From Chloroflexota bacterium (lineage in GTDB: Bacteria > Chloroflexota > Dehalococcoidia > SM23-28-2 > RBG-16-64-32): DNA of 64,000 nt. Below, piece after piece: positions 10,003 through 19,251 of the stretch. Under the pieces are notes generated by a model. The model worked only from the letters and a program-made list of their open reading frames with translations, had not been told where the DNA came from and searched no databases. The DNA lies in assembly GCA_022574655.1 (NCBI GenBank), contig JACZRQ010000001.1, positions 6,214 through 70,213 of the forward strand, given 5' to 3'. Both the position numbers and the translations under genes were made by a program. Numbering within the stretch: position 1 is the stretch's first letter; the number at the start of each line of letters is the position of its first letter.

Positions 10003-10784
10003 TCCTCTCCCAGTACGGTTCCCGCGAATTCTCCGCGAACGACCGAGGCCAGCGCGCCTTCGCTCCGTCCATCGACGATGACGCCACGGCATCCTGCCCG
10101 AACGGCGCTGAGGCAGGCCTCGACCTTCGGTATCATACCGCCTTGTATCACGCCAGAATCTATCAGGCTTTTCGCTTCTTCGGATGACACGCGGGACAGC
10201 GAATCGCCTCCTTCACCTCGTATCCCCGGCACGTCCGTCAGGAACACGAGCCAGCGTGCCTTTAGTGCGGCGGCGATCGCTCCGGCCATTGAGTCCGCGT
10301 TGATGTTCAGAAGCTGATCTGTCGCCCGGTCCCCCTCCCAGAGAAGGCCGATCGGAGCGATTACCGGGATTACGCCGGTCATCGTGATCCCCTCCAGTAC
10401 GCGCGAGTCCACTTCCGTCACGTCCCCGACGAAGCCAAGCTTCTCGTCTCGCAGCTTTGCCCGGATCATACCCGCGTCGACGCCGGACATCCCGACAGCG
10501 CGCGCGCCCAGCTTCGTCAACGAGGCCACGATCCGTTTGTTTATCAGACCGGCGAGGACGGCCACGACGACGTTCAGCGACTCTTCGTCGGTGACTCGCA
10601 GGCCGTTCTCGAAGCGCGTGTGGATGTTATGTCGAGTCAGCCATTCGTTGATCAGCGATCCGCCGCCGTGCACAACGACGGAACGAACACCCCGGTGCTG
10701 TAATTCGGCCAAGTCTGTGAGGGTGGTGTCGTGGCTCCCAAGCGTGGAGCCGCCGATCTTGGCCACGAGGACGTCGTCTGTCAT
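9999..10784 (-). CDS. argB: acetylglutamate kinase
   Basis: KIGGS, VVHGGG, GLRVTD, NINAD, GGMIPKV. Confidence 0.96.
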   Translation of the reverse strand: MTDDVLVAKIGGSTLGSHDTTLTDLAELQHRGVRSVVVHGGGSLINEWLTRHNIHTRFENGLRVTDEESLNVVVAVLAGLINKRIVASLTKLGARAVGMSGVDAGMIRAKLRDEKLGFVGDVTEVDSRVLEGITMTGVIPVIAPIGLLWEGDRATDQLLNINADSMAGAIAAALKARWLVFLTDVPGIRGEGGDSLSRVSSEEAKSLIDSGVIQGGMIPKVEACLSAVRAGCRGVIVDGRSEGALASVVRGEFAGTVLGEE

Positions 10785-12004
10785 CAGGTTGTGTACAGGC
10801 TGTTGAGGCGAACGAACTCTTCAGTGAGATCGGAGCCCCAGGCGGTCGCCGACTCGGCGCCCCTCGCGAGGTTGACCCTGACGTGGATCTCCTGCGGGAT
10901 AAGGCACGCCTCCGCGGTGGCTCTGTCCAAGCCGGTGGGAGCGCCGTCCTTGAAGAGGCATAGGTCGCCGCCCTCAGGGCTTCTGAAGTACAGTTCGACG
11001 TTGTCGATGTCGAAGGCCGCACCGCTGTTCCCTACGGCCGCGAGGATGCGCCCGAAGTTTGGGTCGTGGCCCGTCATCGCTGTCTTCACGCCCGGCGACC
11101 TCACGATCTCGCGCGCGGCCTTACGGGCGTCCTCGTGCGATTCCGCTCCGTCGACGCGGACTTCGATGACTTTCGTACCGCCTTCCGCATCGGCGACCAT
11201 CGCCTTTGCGAGATGAGTACAGACGAGCTTCAGCGCCTCGCTAAACGGCCCGGCCTCGGGATGCCCGTCGGATATCGTGTCGCCACCGGCCATGCCGTTG
11301 GCCATCACCAGCGCCATGTCGTTTGTGCTGGTGTCGCTGTCGATGTCGATCATGTGAAACGAGACGTCGACTGCGTTCTTTAACGCCGTCTTCAGGAAAA
11401 CGGGCTCGACCGCCGCATCCGTAGTCAGGAAGCAAAGCATCGTTGCCATGTTGGGATGGATCATCCCAACGCCCTTGACCACGCCACCGACCGTCCACGC
11501 ACCGTGCTTGGCGGCGATGTACTTGGGCACGGTATCCGTCGTCATGATCGCGTTCGCGAAGTCGATTCCGCCCTCGGGTGTGAGGCCGATCTCCTTCACG
11601 CCGCTCGCGATCTTTTCCATCGGCAGGTGCGGCGGACCGATGACGCCCGTCGACGCCACGACCACATCGTGAGGATCGACGCCGAACTTCTCGCCGGCGA
11701 GCTGCGCCATCTCGATCGCGTCGGCGTGGCCCTGCTTGCCGGTGGCGCAGTTCGCACAGCCCGAGTTGGCGATGACTGCTTGCGCTCTGCCGTCTGCGAG
11801 ATGCGACTGGCTGATCAGCACGGGCGCCGCCTTCAGATTGTTGGTCGTAAACACCGCTGCTGTCGTACATGGCTTCTCGGAGTACAGCAGCGTCAGGTCA
11901 AGCTTCTCCCAGTCGCTACGAACGCCGACGGCCGCTGCTCCGGCGACGAAGCCCTTAGGCGTGGTGACAGTTCCTTCTGGTTGAATTTCGATTCCGTTGT
12001 CCAT
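10784..12004 (-). CDS. argJ: ornithine acetyltransferase / N-acetylglutamate synthase
   Basis: NSGCANCATG, IMTTD, KGVGMIHPNMATML, DTSTND, DAEGGTK. Confidence 0.96.
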   Translation of the reverse strand: MDNGIEIQPEGTVTTPKGFVAGAAAVGVRSDWEKLDLTLLYSEKPCTTAAVFTTNNLKAAPVLISQSHLADGRAQAVIANSGCANCATGKQGHADAIEMAQLAGEKFGVDPHDVVVASTGVIGPPHLPMEKIASGVKEIGLTPEGGIDFANAIMTTDTVPKYIAAKHGAWTVGGVVKGVGMIHPNMATMLCFLTTDAAVEPVFLKTALKNAVDVSFHMIDIDSDTSTNDMALVMANGMAGGDTISDGHPEAGPFSEALKLVCTHLAKAMVADAEGGTKVIEVRVDGAESHEDARKAAREIVRSPGVKTAMTGHDPNFGRILAAVGNSGAAFDIDNVELYFRSPEGGDLCLFKDGAPTGLDRATAEACLIPQEIHVRVNLARGAESATAWGSDLTEEFVRLNSLYTT

Positions 12005-12030
12005 CGTTGTGGTCCTCTCTAAGGATGCGA

Positions 12031-13050
12031 TTACGGGTATAGCGCCGGCATGTCGATACCCATGGTCTCCGGCAGCCCGAGCATAGCGTTCATGTTCTGG
12101 ATCGCCTGCCCTGCCGCGCCCTTAACGAGGTTGTCGAGGACGCTAACGACCACGAGCCTGTCAGTCCTTTGATCGACCGTCGGGTACACGTGGCAGGCGT
12201 TGGTGCCTCTCACCTGCTTCGTCGAGGGCGGGGCATCAACGATTCGGACGAACGGTTCGTCGCTGTAGAACTGTTGGTACAGCTCGCGAACCTCCACCTC
12301 CGTCTTCGTTGTTGATAGCGGCGCATAGCAGGTCGAGAGGATGCCACGCGTCATCGGGACCAAGTGTGGTGTAAACGTCACCTTCGGCGACTCGGACTCC
12401 CGCCACATCTTCCGTAGCTCCTGGACGATCTCCGGCAAATGCCGGTGCCCTTTGAGGCCGTACACCGACACGCTTTCTCCCGCCTCGGCGAGCAGCAGGC
12501 TCTGCTTGAGACCACGACCCGCGCCCGAGACACCGGACTTGGAGTCGATGATGATGTCTGGGCCGATGAGTCCGGCCTTGGCTGCGGGCGCCAGCGCCAG
12601 CAGCGCACTCTCGGGATAGCAGCCTGGGTTGGCGATTAGCTTCGATGCTTTCACCGCCTCGCGGTTGAGCTCAGTGAGGCCGTATGCGACCTTCGGAAGC
12701 AGTTCGGGCGCTGGGTGCTCGCCGCCATACCACTCGGCGTACTCCTTGGCGTCGTTGAGGCGGAAGTCGGCGCTGATATCGACGACGGGCACTCCCGATT
12801 GGACGAGGGGCGCGACGCTCTCTGCGCTGGCAGCGTGCGGCAGTGCCGAGAACACGAAGTCGACGTCGCCAAGCTCGGGGTCGACGGCCATGTCGTAGGC
12901 AGCGAGGTGCGGGAAGACTTCGGCGAGCTTCTTCCCGGCTTCGCTGCGGCCGGTGACGCTGGCGAGTTGGGCTTCGGGGTGGTTGTACAGCAAGCGAGCG
13001 AGTTCGGCGCCGGCATATCCTGTTACGTTCAGTATTCCCACTTTCACCAT
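12031..13050 (-). CDS. argC: N-acetyl-gamma-glutamyl-phosphate reductase
   Basis: TGYAGAEL, IANPGCY, SGVSGAGR, HRHLPEI, DNLVKGAAGQAIQNMN; ATG at 13050 after GGAG. Confidence 0.96.
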   Translation of the reverse strand: MVKVGILNVTGYAGAELARLLYNHPEAQLASVTGRSEAGKKLAEVFPHLAAYDMAVDPELGDVDFVFSALPHAASAESVAPLVQSGVPVVDISADFRLNDAKEYAEWYGGEHPAPELLPKVAYGLTELNREAVKASKLIANPGCYPESALLALAPAAKAGLIGPDIIIDSKSGVSGAGRGLKQSLLLAEAGESVSVYGLKGHRHLPEIVQELRKMWRESESPKVTFTPHLVPMTRGILSTCYAPLSTTKTEVEVRELYQQFYSDEPFVRIVDAPPSTKQVRGTNACHVYPTVDQRTDRLVVVSVLDNLVKGAAGQAIQNMNAMLGLPETMGIDMPALYP

Positions 13051-13062
13051 CGGACAGTCTCC

Positions 13063-13099
13063 AAAACTAAAAATCCCCACCACTCGTGTAGTGGTGGGG
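13063..13099 (-). terminator. intrinsic terminator (attenuator) in the argC leader
   Basis: Minus strand CCCCACCACT-ACACG-AGTGGTGGGG (10-bp stem) followed by ATTTTTAGTTTT, ending about 13 nt before the argC ATG. Confidence 0.88.
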
Positions 13100-13123
13100 C
13101 GTTTCCGCTCTCGTTATCTGCGT

Positions 13124-13201
13124 CTAACGACGGGTACGACGAAGCCACCCAACCACTGGCTGGACTCGTCGCGGACGCGGGAATGCGTTAACTGCCGTCA
13201 T
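13124..13201 (-). CDS. putative Arg-rich attenuator leader peptide MTAVNAFPRPRRVQPVVGWLRRTRR
   Basis: 25-codon ORF with 7 Arg codons (CGT/CGA), between the promoter and the terminator upstream of the arg operon. Confidence 0.75.
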   Translation of the reverse strand: MTAVNAFPRPRRVQPVVGWLRRTRR

Positions 13202-13210
13202 GATTCGTAT

Positions 13211-13240
13211 ACGTTAGGGTGTGCGTACGGGCGGTGTCAA
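13211..13240 (-). promoter_or_regulatory. sigma70-type promoter of the arg operon
   Basis: TTGACA-N18-TAACGT on the minus strand; the -10 ends 9 nt before the leader ATG. Confidence 0.7.
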
Positions 13241-13295
13241 GGGAGAGGCACTGAGACGGACCGTCGGCCGATCTCGTTCAGTGTTAAGATTGGCG

Positions 13296-13409
13296 TCACC
13301 CTGAGACGGTCGATACAGTGATCAAGGCCACACCGACAAGAACGATCAACAGAAGGAGAGCCACCGCCACGATGAGCATTCGGGTTGACATTTCAGACTC
13401 TTCACGCAT
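13296..13409 (-). CDS. small single-pass membrane protein (37 aa)
   Basis: MREESEMSTRMLIVAVALLLLIVLVGVALITVSTVSG*, one long hydrophobic stretch; below the ORF-track cutoff. Confidence 0.45.
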   Translation of the reverse strand: MREESEMSTRMLIVAVALLLLIVLVGVALITVSTVSG

Positions 13410-13493
13410 GGTTGGCCTGAGACCACTCTACGGTAGGCATCGTGATTCAAACCGTGACCCTGCTCACATCCCAGGCAAATCTATGAGCACACC

Positions 13494-14606
13494 ATGCTCA
13501 TAGTAGCACGCAAGAATCTCTTCTCAGAACGCGTACGGCTGGCGATCTCAGTGGGCGGTATCGCTCTGTCGGTGCTGCTGATCACTTTCCTCCTGGCGTT
13601 GTTCCGCGGCTGGAACGAGAAGGTCGGTGGGTTCGTGGAGGAGGTTGACGCAGATATTTGGATCGCACGCGAAGGCACGACCGACTTCTTGGTCGCCGCG
13701 TCGATCCTGCCGTTAGAGGGCGCCGACGAGCGCTTTGCCAGGATCGATTCGATCGAACGATGGAGTCCTTTGATTGCCGTACCCATGGGAGCCACCAAGG
13801 GCGACACCAAGATGGATATACAGCTGATCGGCTTCGATCCTGCTACGGGTATGGGCGGTCCAGTTCGCGTTACTGATGGTAAAAGCGTTCCGGGTCCCGG
13901 TGAGATGATTATCGACCAGGCGCTGACCAGCCGTTACGGGGTGGAGATCGGGGACTCGCTCAACGCTGCTGGAACCGACTGGGAAGTCGTTGGCAAGTCC
14001 ACCGGCGGCGATTTCGTGGCCTCGCAAGCGGTGTTCGTGACAATTGAGCAGGCTCAAGCAGCGCTGGTGATGGAGGGGCTCGCAACGTTCCTTCTGGTCG
14101 ATCTGGTTGAGATGAGAGACCCGGCTACTTACGCGCGAACCATCGCGGGTAATCAGCCGGGCGTAGTCGGCATAACCAGCGAGGAGTTTGCCGCCGCAAC
14201 CCGCGACCGGGTCCTCGGCGACGTAATTCCGATACTAACGGTGATCTTAATACTAGCGTTTATCGTTGGTCTGGCTGTGGCCGGACTGACGATCTACACG
14301 GCAACGGTTGAAAAAGCACGCGAATACGGGATTCTGAAGGCGGTGGGATTCCCGAACAGTTATCTGTACCGGGTGGTATTCGAACAAAGTATCGTGACTG
14401 GGCTGTTAGGCTTCGGCATCGGGACTGGCATAACCGTAGTGGCTGGGAGCTTCATTCAAGACCTTGTGCCACAGTTCGTCACACTCATCCGTTGGCAAGA
14501 CGTTCTCGCAGTGGCGGGCGTCACCCTGGTCATGTCGGTGCTCGCAGCATACGTACCGATACGTCGACTGGCCGCCATCGATCCAGTAGCGGTGTTTAAG
14601 GCATAA
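13494..14606 (+). CDS. ABC exporter permease, MacB/FtsX-like
   Basis: N-terminal TM, extracytoplasmic domain (ADIWI), C-terminal FtsX TMs with EKAREYGILKAVG. Confidence 0.88.
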   Translation: MLIVARKNLFSERVRLAISVGGIALSVLLITFLLALFRGWNEKVGGFVEEVDADIWIAREGTTDFLVAASILPLEGADERFARIDSIERWSPLIAVPMGATKGDTKMDIQLIGFDPATGMGGPVRVTDGKSVPGPGEMIIDQALTSRYGVEIGDSLNAAGTDWEVVGKSTGGDFVASQAVFVTIEQAQAALVMEGLATFLLVDLVEMRDPATYARTIAGNQPGVVGITSEEFAAATRDRVLGDVIPILTVILILAFIVGLAVAGLTIYTATVEKAREYGILKAVGFPNSYLYRVVFEQSIVTGLLGFGIGTGITVVAGSFIQDLVPQFVTLIRWQDVLAVAGVTLVMSVLAAYVPIRRLAAIDPVAVFKA

Positions 14607-14610
14607 GAAG

Positions 14611-15453
14611 ATGGCTGACGACAGAGTAGCCCTTAGGCTCCGTGGCGTGACAAAGATTTACAGTCTTGCTGACTCCGAGGTGATTGCTCTGGACACCGTC
14701 GACTTCGAGGCTCAGGCCGGTCAGGTGGTGGTGATCATGGGCCCGTCCGGCGCCGGTAAAACAACGTTCCTCACGATCGCGGGCACGCTGATGAAGCCGA
14801 CCTCGGGAACGATAGAGGTCGCCGGCATCGAGACCACGAAGCTAAAGGAGAAAGAGCTGGCATCGATCAGGCGTGAGAACGTGGGCTTCATCTTTCAGAG
14901 CTTCAACCTACTTGAGTCACTGACAGCGCTGGAGAATGTGAGAGTGGTAGCCGCCGGCGGGATCACGGCACCGGCAAGCGATACCAACCGAGCGCGCGAA
15001 CTGCTGAACATGTTCGGACTGGACCATAGATTGCATTCGCTTCCGAGACAGCTCAGCGGCGGCGAGAAGCAGCGCGTGGCGATAGCGCGATCGCTGATGA
15101 ACAATCCAGAGATCATTCTGGCTGACGAGCCGACCGGAAATCTGGACTACAAGCGCGGTCAAGAAGTCATGGAGCTACTGCTGCAGATCTCGGTGGAGCT
15201 TCGCAAGGCGGTGGTGATCGTCAGTCACGACCATCGCGTCCGCGAGGTGGCGCACCGCTCGCTCTGGCTCCAGGACGGCAGCTTCCGGGACACGATAGTG
15301 ACGGCCAACGATCCGGTCTGCGGGCAGCTGGTAGAGGTCGATTCAGCCTCGGCGGTGACGTGGGAGAACAAGGACTATTACTTCTGTGCAGGCGAGTGCC
15401 GCCAGTTGTTCAAAGCGAACCAGCAGAAGTACGCAAAACGGGAATCAAAGTAG
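14611..15453 (+). CDS. ABC ATP-binding protein (LolD-like) with C-terminal YHS/TRASH domain
   Basis: GPSGAGKT, LSGGEKQRVAIARSL, ILADEPTGNLD; tail DPVCGQLV...YYFCAGECRQLF. Confidence 0.9.
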   Translation: MADDRVALRLRGVTKIYSLADSEVIALDTVDFEAQAGQVVVIMGPSGAGKTTFLTIAGTLMKPTSGTIEVAGIETTKLKEKELASIRRENVGFIFQSFNLLESLTALENVRVVAAGGITAPASDTNRARELLNMFGLDHRLHSLPRQLSGGEKQRVAIARSLMNNPEIILADEPTGNLDYKRGQEVMELLLQISVELRKAVVIVSHDHRVREVAHRSLWLQDGSFRDTIVTANDPVCGQLVEVDSASAVTWENKDYYFCAGECRQLFKANQQKYAKRESK

Positions 15454-15460
15454 CCGGGAG

Positions 15461-15955
15461 ATGAATATAAGGGCCGGCTATACGTTGGCGGTCGTGATTG
15501 CGACGATCCTTAGTGTCCTGCAACTGTTTCTGCCCTGGATATCGCTCGATATTGAGGTGCCGATTCTGGGCTCAATCGGAAGCGCTACGCGATACGGCTA
15601 TGACGGTGATGGGCTGATCACGCTGCTCGTAGGCGTCATCGCGTTGGGATTCGCGGCTTACCTCTGCTCCGACGCCAGCACCAAGGCGTTTCGGCTTGTG
15701 ACCGTCTTCAACGGATGTCTTGGCGCTCTGATCGTAGCGATCGCAGTTGTGAATATCGTCGACTCAGAACGAGCGTTGGGCGACGCGCAGCAGCAGATCG
15801 GCATCGACCTCCAAGCGCTGGTTGGGATCGATCTGGACAACGCCACCAGCGTTGAATCTGGGATCTACGTTGCGATCGCTGCCGGCGCGGTTCTGGCGGT
15901 TTCGAGCGTGGGAGCGTGGATCGCTCATCGGTCGGCGGTTACGGAAAGCGGCTGA
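15461..15955 (+). CDS. hypothetical multi-pass membrane protein
   Basis: Four hydrophobic segments, FLPW and GIY motifs; 7 nt after the ATPase stop. Confidence 0.7.
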   Translation: MNIRAGYTLAVVIATILSVLQLFLPWISLDIEVPILGSIGSATRYGYDGDGLITLLVGVIALGFAAYLCSDASTKAFRLVTVFNGCLGALIVAIAVVNIVDSERALGDAQQQIGIDLQALVGIDLDNATSVESGIYVAIAAGAVLAVSSVGAWIAHRSAVTESG

Positions 15956-15970
15956 CTCGGATGTCGGCGG

Positions 15971-16657
15971 CTAACCGGCCTTAGCGCCGACCAGGTTCCG
16001 CCCAAACGGGCAGCCGTCGAGCAACGGGCACTCATCACACTTTGGGCGCTGTGCGTGGCAGATGCGACGGCCGTGCTTGATGAGCGATATGTGGAACGGG
16101 TAGACGTCTTCGGGTTCGAGGATCGCCTCCAGAAGATCGTGTGACTTCTCAGCGGTCGCCTTCTTCGGCACCAGGCCGAGGCGCTGCGCCACGCGGTGCA
16201 CGTGCGTGTCAACCGGGAGAGCGGGTTTCCCGAGCGCGAACATGAGCACGCAGGCGGCGGTCTTCGGTCCGACGCCGGGAAGCGAGGTGAGCCACGACTT
16301 CGCGTCGGCCAGCGGCATCTCGCCGAGGAACGCTAGATCGAACGAGCCGCGCTGCTCCCAAACATCCTCCAGGACTCGCTTGATCCGCGGCGTCTTCACC
16401 TTGGCGAGGCCGCCGACCGAGATCGCGTCTTCGATCTCCGCTGGATCAGCCGCCATCAGCGACTCCCACGCCGGGAACCTCGAGGTCAATCGCATGAACG
16501 CGCGTCCCGAGTTCCCGTCGGAGGTGTTCTGCGAGAGGATCGTCAGCACGAGTTCGGTCATCGGATCGCCATGGATCCGCAGCTCGGGGGCGCCGTATAG
16601 GTCGGACAGCCGCCCGACGATCTCTTTAGGAGCGAGCTTAGCCGCCCTCGCCGGCAT
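15971..16657 (-). CDS. nth: endonuclease III (HhH-GPD, 4Fe-4S)
   Basis: ILSQNTSD, LPGVGPKTA, PVDTHVHR, C-x6-C-x2-C-x5-C. Confidence 0.92.
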   Translation of the reverse strand: MPARAAKLAPKEIVGRLSDLYGAPELRIHGDPMTELVLTILSQNTSDGNSGRAFMRLTSRFPAWESLMAADPAEIEDAISVGGLAKVKTPRIKRVLEDVWEQRGSFDLAFLGEMPLADAKSWLTSLPGVGPKTAACVLMFALGKPALPVDTHVHRVAQRLGLVPKKATAEKSHDLLEAILEPEDVYPFHISLIKHGRRICHAQRPKCDECPLLDGCPFGRNLVGAKAG

Positions 16658-17674
16658 CTATGGGTTCGCCTCGAAGTACGCCCAGACCGCCACCGCCACG
16701 TCGCGGACCGGATCCAACGTGTACGAGGCGTCGGTCAGAACGGCGATGATGTATGGACCGGCCGGCCCCCAGACAATGGCTACGTCGTGCCCGGCGTTGG
16801 CGAAGCTGCCAGTCTTGTGGGCGATCGCCGTGCCGGCGGGGGCGCCGGCGATGACGCCGCCGGAGAAATGCTCCTGGCGCATGAGGCTCAGCATCTCCAG
16901 CCGCGAGGAGTCGGATACGCCCTCGCCGGAGGCAATGGCAGCGAAGAGGCGGGCCATACCATCCGCGGTTGCCGGGAGGGCGCGGTTCAAGAACTGCGTG
17001 TCCTCGATGCCCAGCTTGAGCAGCGTCTGATCAGCCGCGACGCCGACGAGGTCCTGCATCAGTACCGCGGTCGGCGTGTCGCTGGCGATCGTCATCGCAC
17101 GGATCGCGCCTTCGACGGTGATGATGTCGCCCTCTTCGAGACCGAGGAACTCCAGCGTGCCGAGGTCGTAGACGACGTACTTCTCCTCAAGCACTACCTC
17201 CATCGCGAAATCGAGATTGCCAGCGTCGCGCTGGATGAACGCCTCGTACATGAGACTCGACTTGAAGAGGCTGGCGCCGTAGTAGACGTTCGATTCGTTG
17301 AACGCGGCGTAGCGTCCATCAAGCAGGTTATGGACGACGACGGAGTACTCGCCGCCGAAGTCGGGCAGCGCCGTCTCGATGACGTTCTGTAGGTCAGCGT
17401 CTAGTGCGGGGTCTGCGAACGGGGACGGGAGAGCCGGAACGTTGACTGTGCTTTGGAGCCATTCGAGGGACTGCGGAGAGCGAGTCTGCGTGGGGCTGGG
17501 CCGTGGGGATGACGTCACGGCAGCAGTTGGAGTCGGCGTAGTGATAGTTACGGGAAGCGTCGGCGTCGCTGTTTCCAGGGGATTCTTGCCGCCGCCACAC
17601 GCGACGGCGACGAGGATGCCCAAGGCAACGACCAGTGGCAGCGAAGTCGAAACTGGCAAGCGAATCGTACTCAT
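16658..17674 (-). CDS. class A beta-lactamase-like serine hydrolase, lipoprotein
   Basis: Lipobox AVAC, Thr/Pro linker, ASLFK (SxxK), SDT, HKTG. Confidence 0.82.
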   Translation of the reverse strand: MSTIRLPVSTSLPLVVALGILVAVACGGGKNPLETATPTLPVTITTPTPTAAVTSSPRPSPTQTRSPQSLEWLQSTVNVPALPSPFADPALDADLQNVIETALPDFGGEYSVVVHNLLDGRYAAFNESNVYYGASLFKSSLMYEAFIQRDAGNLDFAMEVVLEEKYVVYDLGTLEFLGLEEGDIITVEGAIRAMTIASDTPTAVLMQDLVGVAADQTLLKLGIEDTQFLNRALPATADGMARLFAAIASGEGVSDSSRLEMLSLMRQEHFSGGVIAGAPAGTAIAHKTGSFANAGHDVAIVWGPAGPYIIAVLTDASYTLDPVRDVAVAVWAYFEANP

Positions 17675-17747
17675 TGTTAGACGGTGGCCAGCGCCAATAT
17701 ACTGAGTCTGGTCGACACCATATTAGTTTACGTGTAGAAGGGACGAA

Positions 17748-18791
17748 ATGACCGAGCCTACTCGTCTGACGGCTCTCGCTTCCTGCGCCGGTTGAGCCGG
17801 TAAAGCAGGGGCGGACGCCCTGGCGCAGGTGCTGCGCCTACTGAACGACTTGAGGCCAGAAGAGGACCCGAACTTGCTGGTCGGTCTCAGCGCGCCCGAC
17901 GACGCCGCCGTCTACCGTCTGAATGACGAGCAAGCGGTGGTGATGACGACCGACTTCTTCGCACCGCTCGTCGACGACCCCTACGACTTCGGCGCCATCT
18001 CCGCGGCGAACGCGATGAGCGACGTCTACGCGATGGGCGGCGAAGTGACGCTAGCACTGAACATCGCGGCGTTCCCCGAGGAGATGGACTCGAAGATCAT
18101 CGCGGCGATCCTGCGCGGGGGCGCCGAGAAGGTGCATGAAGCGGGAGGCATCATCGCCGGCGGACACACCATCATCGACGAGGAACCGAAGTACGGGCTC
18201 GCAGTGCTGGGCCTCGTTCACCCCGGCCAGATCCTGACGAAAGCCGGCGCAAAGGTTGGCGATGCTGTCTTCTTGACGAAGCCATTGGGCACGGGCATCG
18301 TCACGACCGCCGCGATGCGTGATGAAGCCTCGGCAGATGACCTTCGTGCAGCCGTCGAGAGCATGACTCTCCTGAACAGGCACTCCGTTCACCTCGCACG
18401 CGAGTCGGGCGCCCATGCGCTCACCGATGTCACGGGGTTCAGCTTGCTTGGGCACACGTACGAAATCGCCGACGCATCGGGAGTCGAGATTCGCATCACC
18501 ACGGCCGGTCTGCCGACGCTTCCGGGCACCATGGATTACGCGGCGCGCGGAATCCTCACCGGCGGCGCGGCCCGAAACCGAGACTACCTCGAGGGCAAGG
18601 TGCGAGTGGCGGATGACGTGCCAGAAGCGACGGAGCATATCCTGTTCGATCCGCAAACGTCCGGCGGACTGTTGTTTACGGTACCGTCGGACTCAGCCGA
18701 GGACACTGAGAAGAGGTTCGAGGGCTCGAAGGAGCCGATCTGGCGGGTCGGCGAGGTGGTTGAGGGCGAGGGTGTCGAGGTGACGACCTAG
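17748..18791 (+). CDS. selD: selenide,water dikinase (selenophosphate synthetase); selenoprotein with UGA at 17793-17795
   Basis: ATG 17748 reads MTEPTRLTALASCAG-U-AGKAG, in frame with DDAAVY, SDVYAMGG, GGHT, DVTGFSLLGH, DPQTSGGLL. Confidence 0.93.
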
Positions 18792-18795
18792 GCTG

Positions 18796-19251
18796 CTAGG
18801 CGAGCATCATTCGCATAGACGTCAGCCACTCGACAATCTCCGGATTGTTATTCACGGCGATCCACTGAGTGCATTTTCGGCCGTTCTCTGAAAAGTCATC
18901 GATAGTGCACTTCTCGAAGCCCATGTGACCGAAAAACGGCCCAGCTTCCATAGTGAACAGGTATAGCTCCCGGACACCGTTCGATTTCGCCTCCTCGATC
19001 ACGTTTTGAGTGAGGCGCCGACCCAGCCCGGTGCCACGTAAGGGCTCCGTGACCACAGCCGAGCGAAGAAGGCCAGCGTCGTCGTAGACCTCAAGGCCCA
19101 CGCACCCGACGACCTCGCCCGCGGCTTCAGCTACCCAGAACGTGTCCAAGAAATCCGCCGTCCGGAACAAGGGGAGGTTTACGGTCCTGAGCAGGCCCTC
19201 GATGATCGCTAGATCGTCGGAGCGGGCCGCGCGAATCGCGGGCTCGCTCAC
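18796..19251 (-). CDS. GNAT N-acetyltransferase (ArsN2/ArgA-like)
   Basis: VVGCVGLE, LLRSAVV, RGTGLG, ELYLFT...FFGHMGF. Confidence 0.8.
   Translation of the reverse strand: MSEPAIRAARSDDLAIIEGLLRTVNLPLFRTADFLDTFWVAEAAGEVVGCVGLEVYDDAGLLRSAVVTEPLRGTGLGRRLTQNVIEEAKSNGVRELYLFTMEAGPFFGHMGFEKCTIDDFSENGRKCTQWIAVNNNPEIVEWLTSMRMMLA

Noticed and set aside
13100..13201. T-box riboswitch in the argC leader (TTGGGTGG resembles the T-box core)
   Set aside because: The core continues CTTCG rather than NACC, and the ~150-nt leader shows no recognisable stem I or specifier loop. The leader-peptide model fits better.
16658..17674. Functional beta-lactam resistance gene
   Set aside because: It has SxxK and KTG but SDT rather than SDN, plus a lipoprotein linker. 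Only a serine-hydrolase family assignment is supportable.
17793..17795. selD pseudogene (premature stop)
   Set aside because: The TGA is exactly at the catalytic Cys/Sec site and the rest of the gene is intact, so selenocysteine recoding is more likely.
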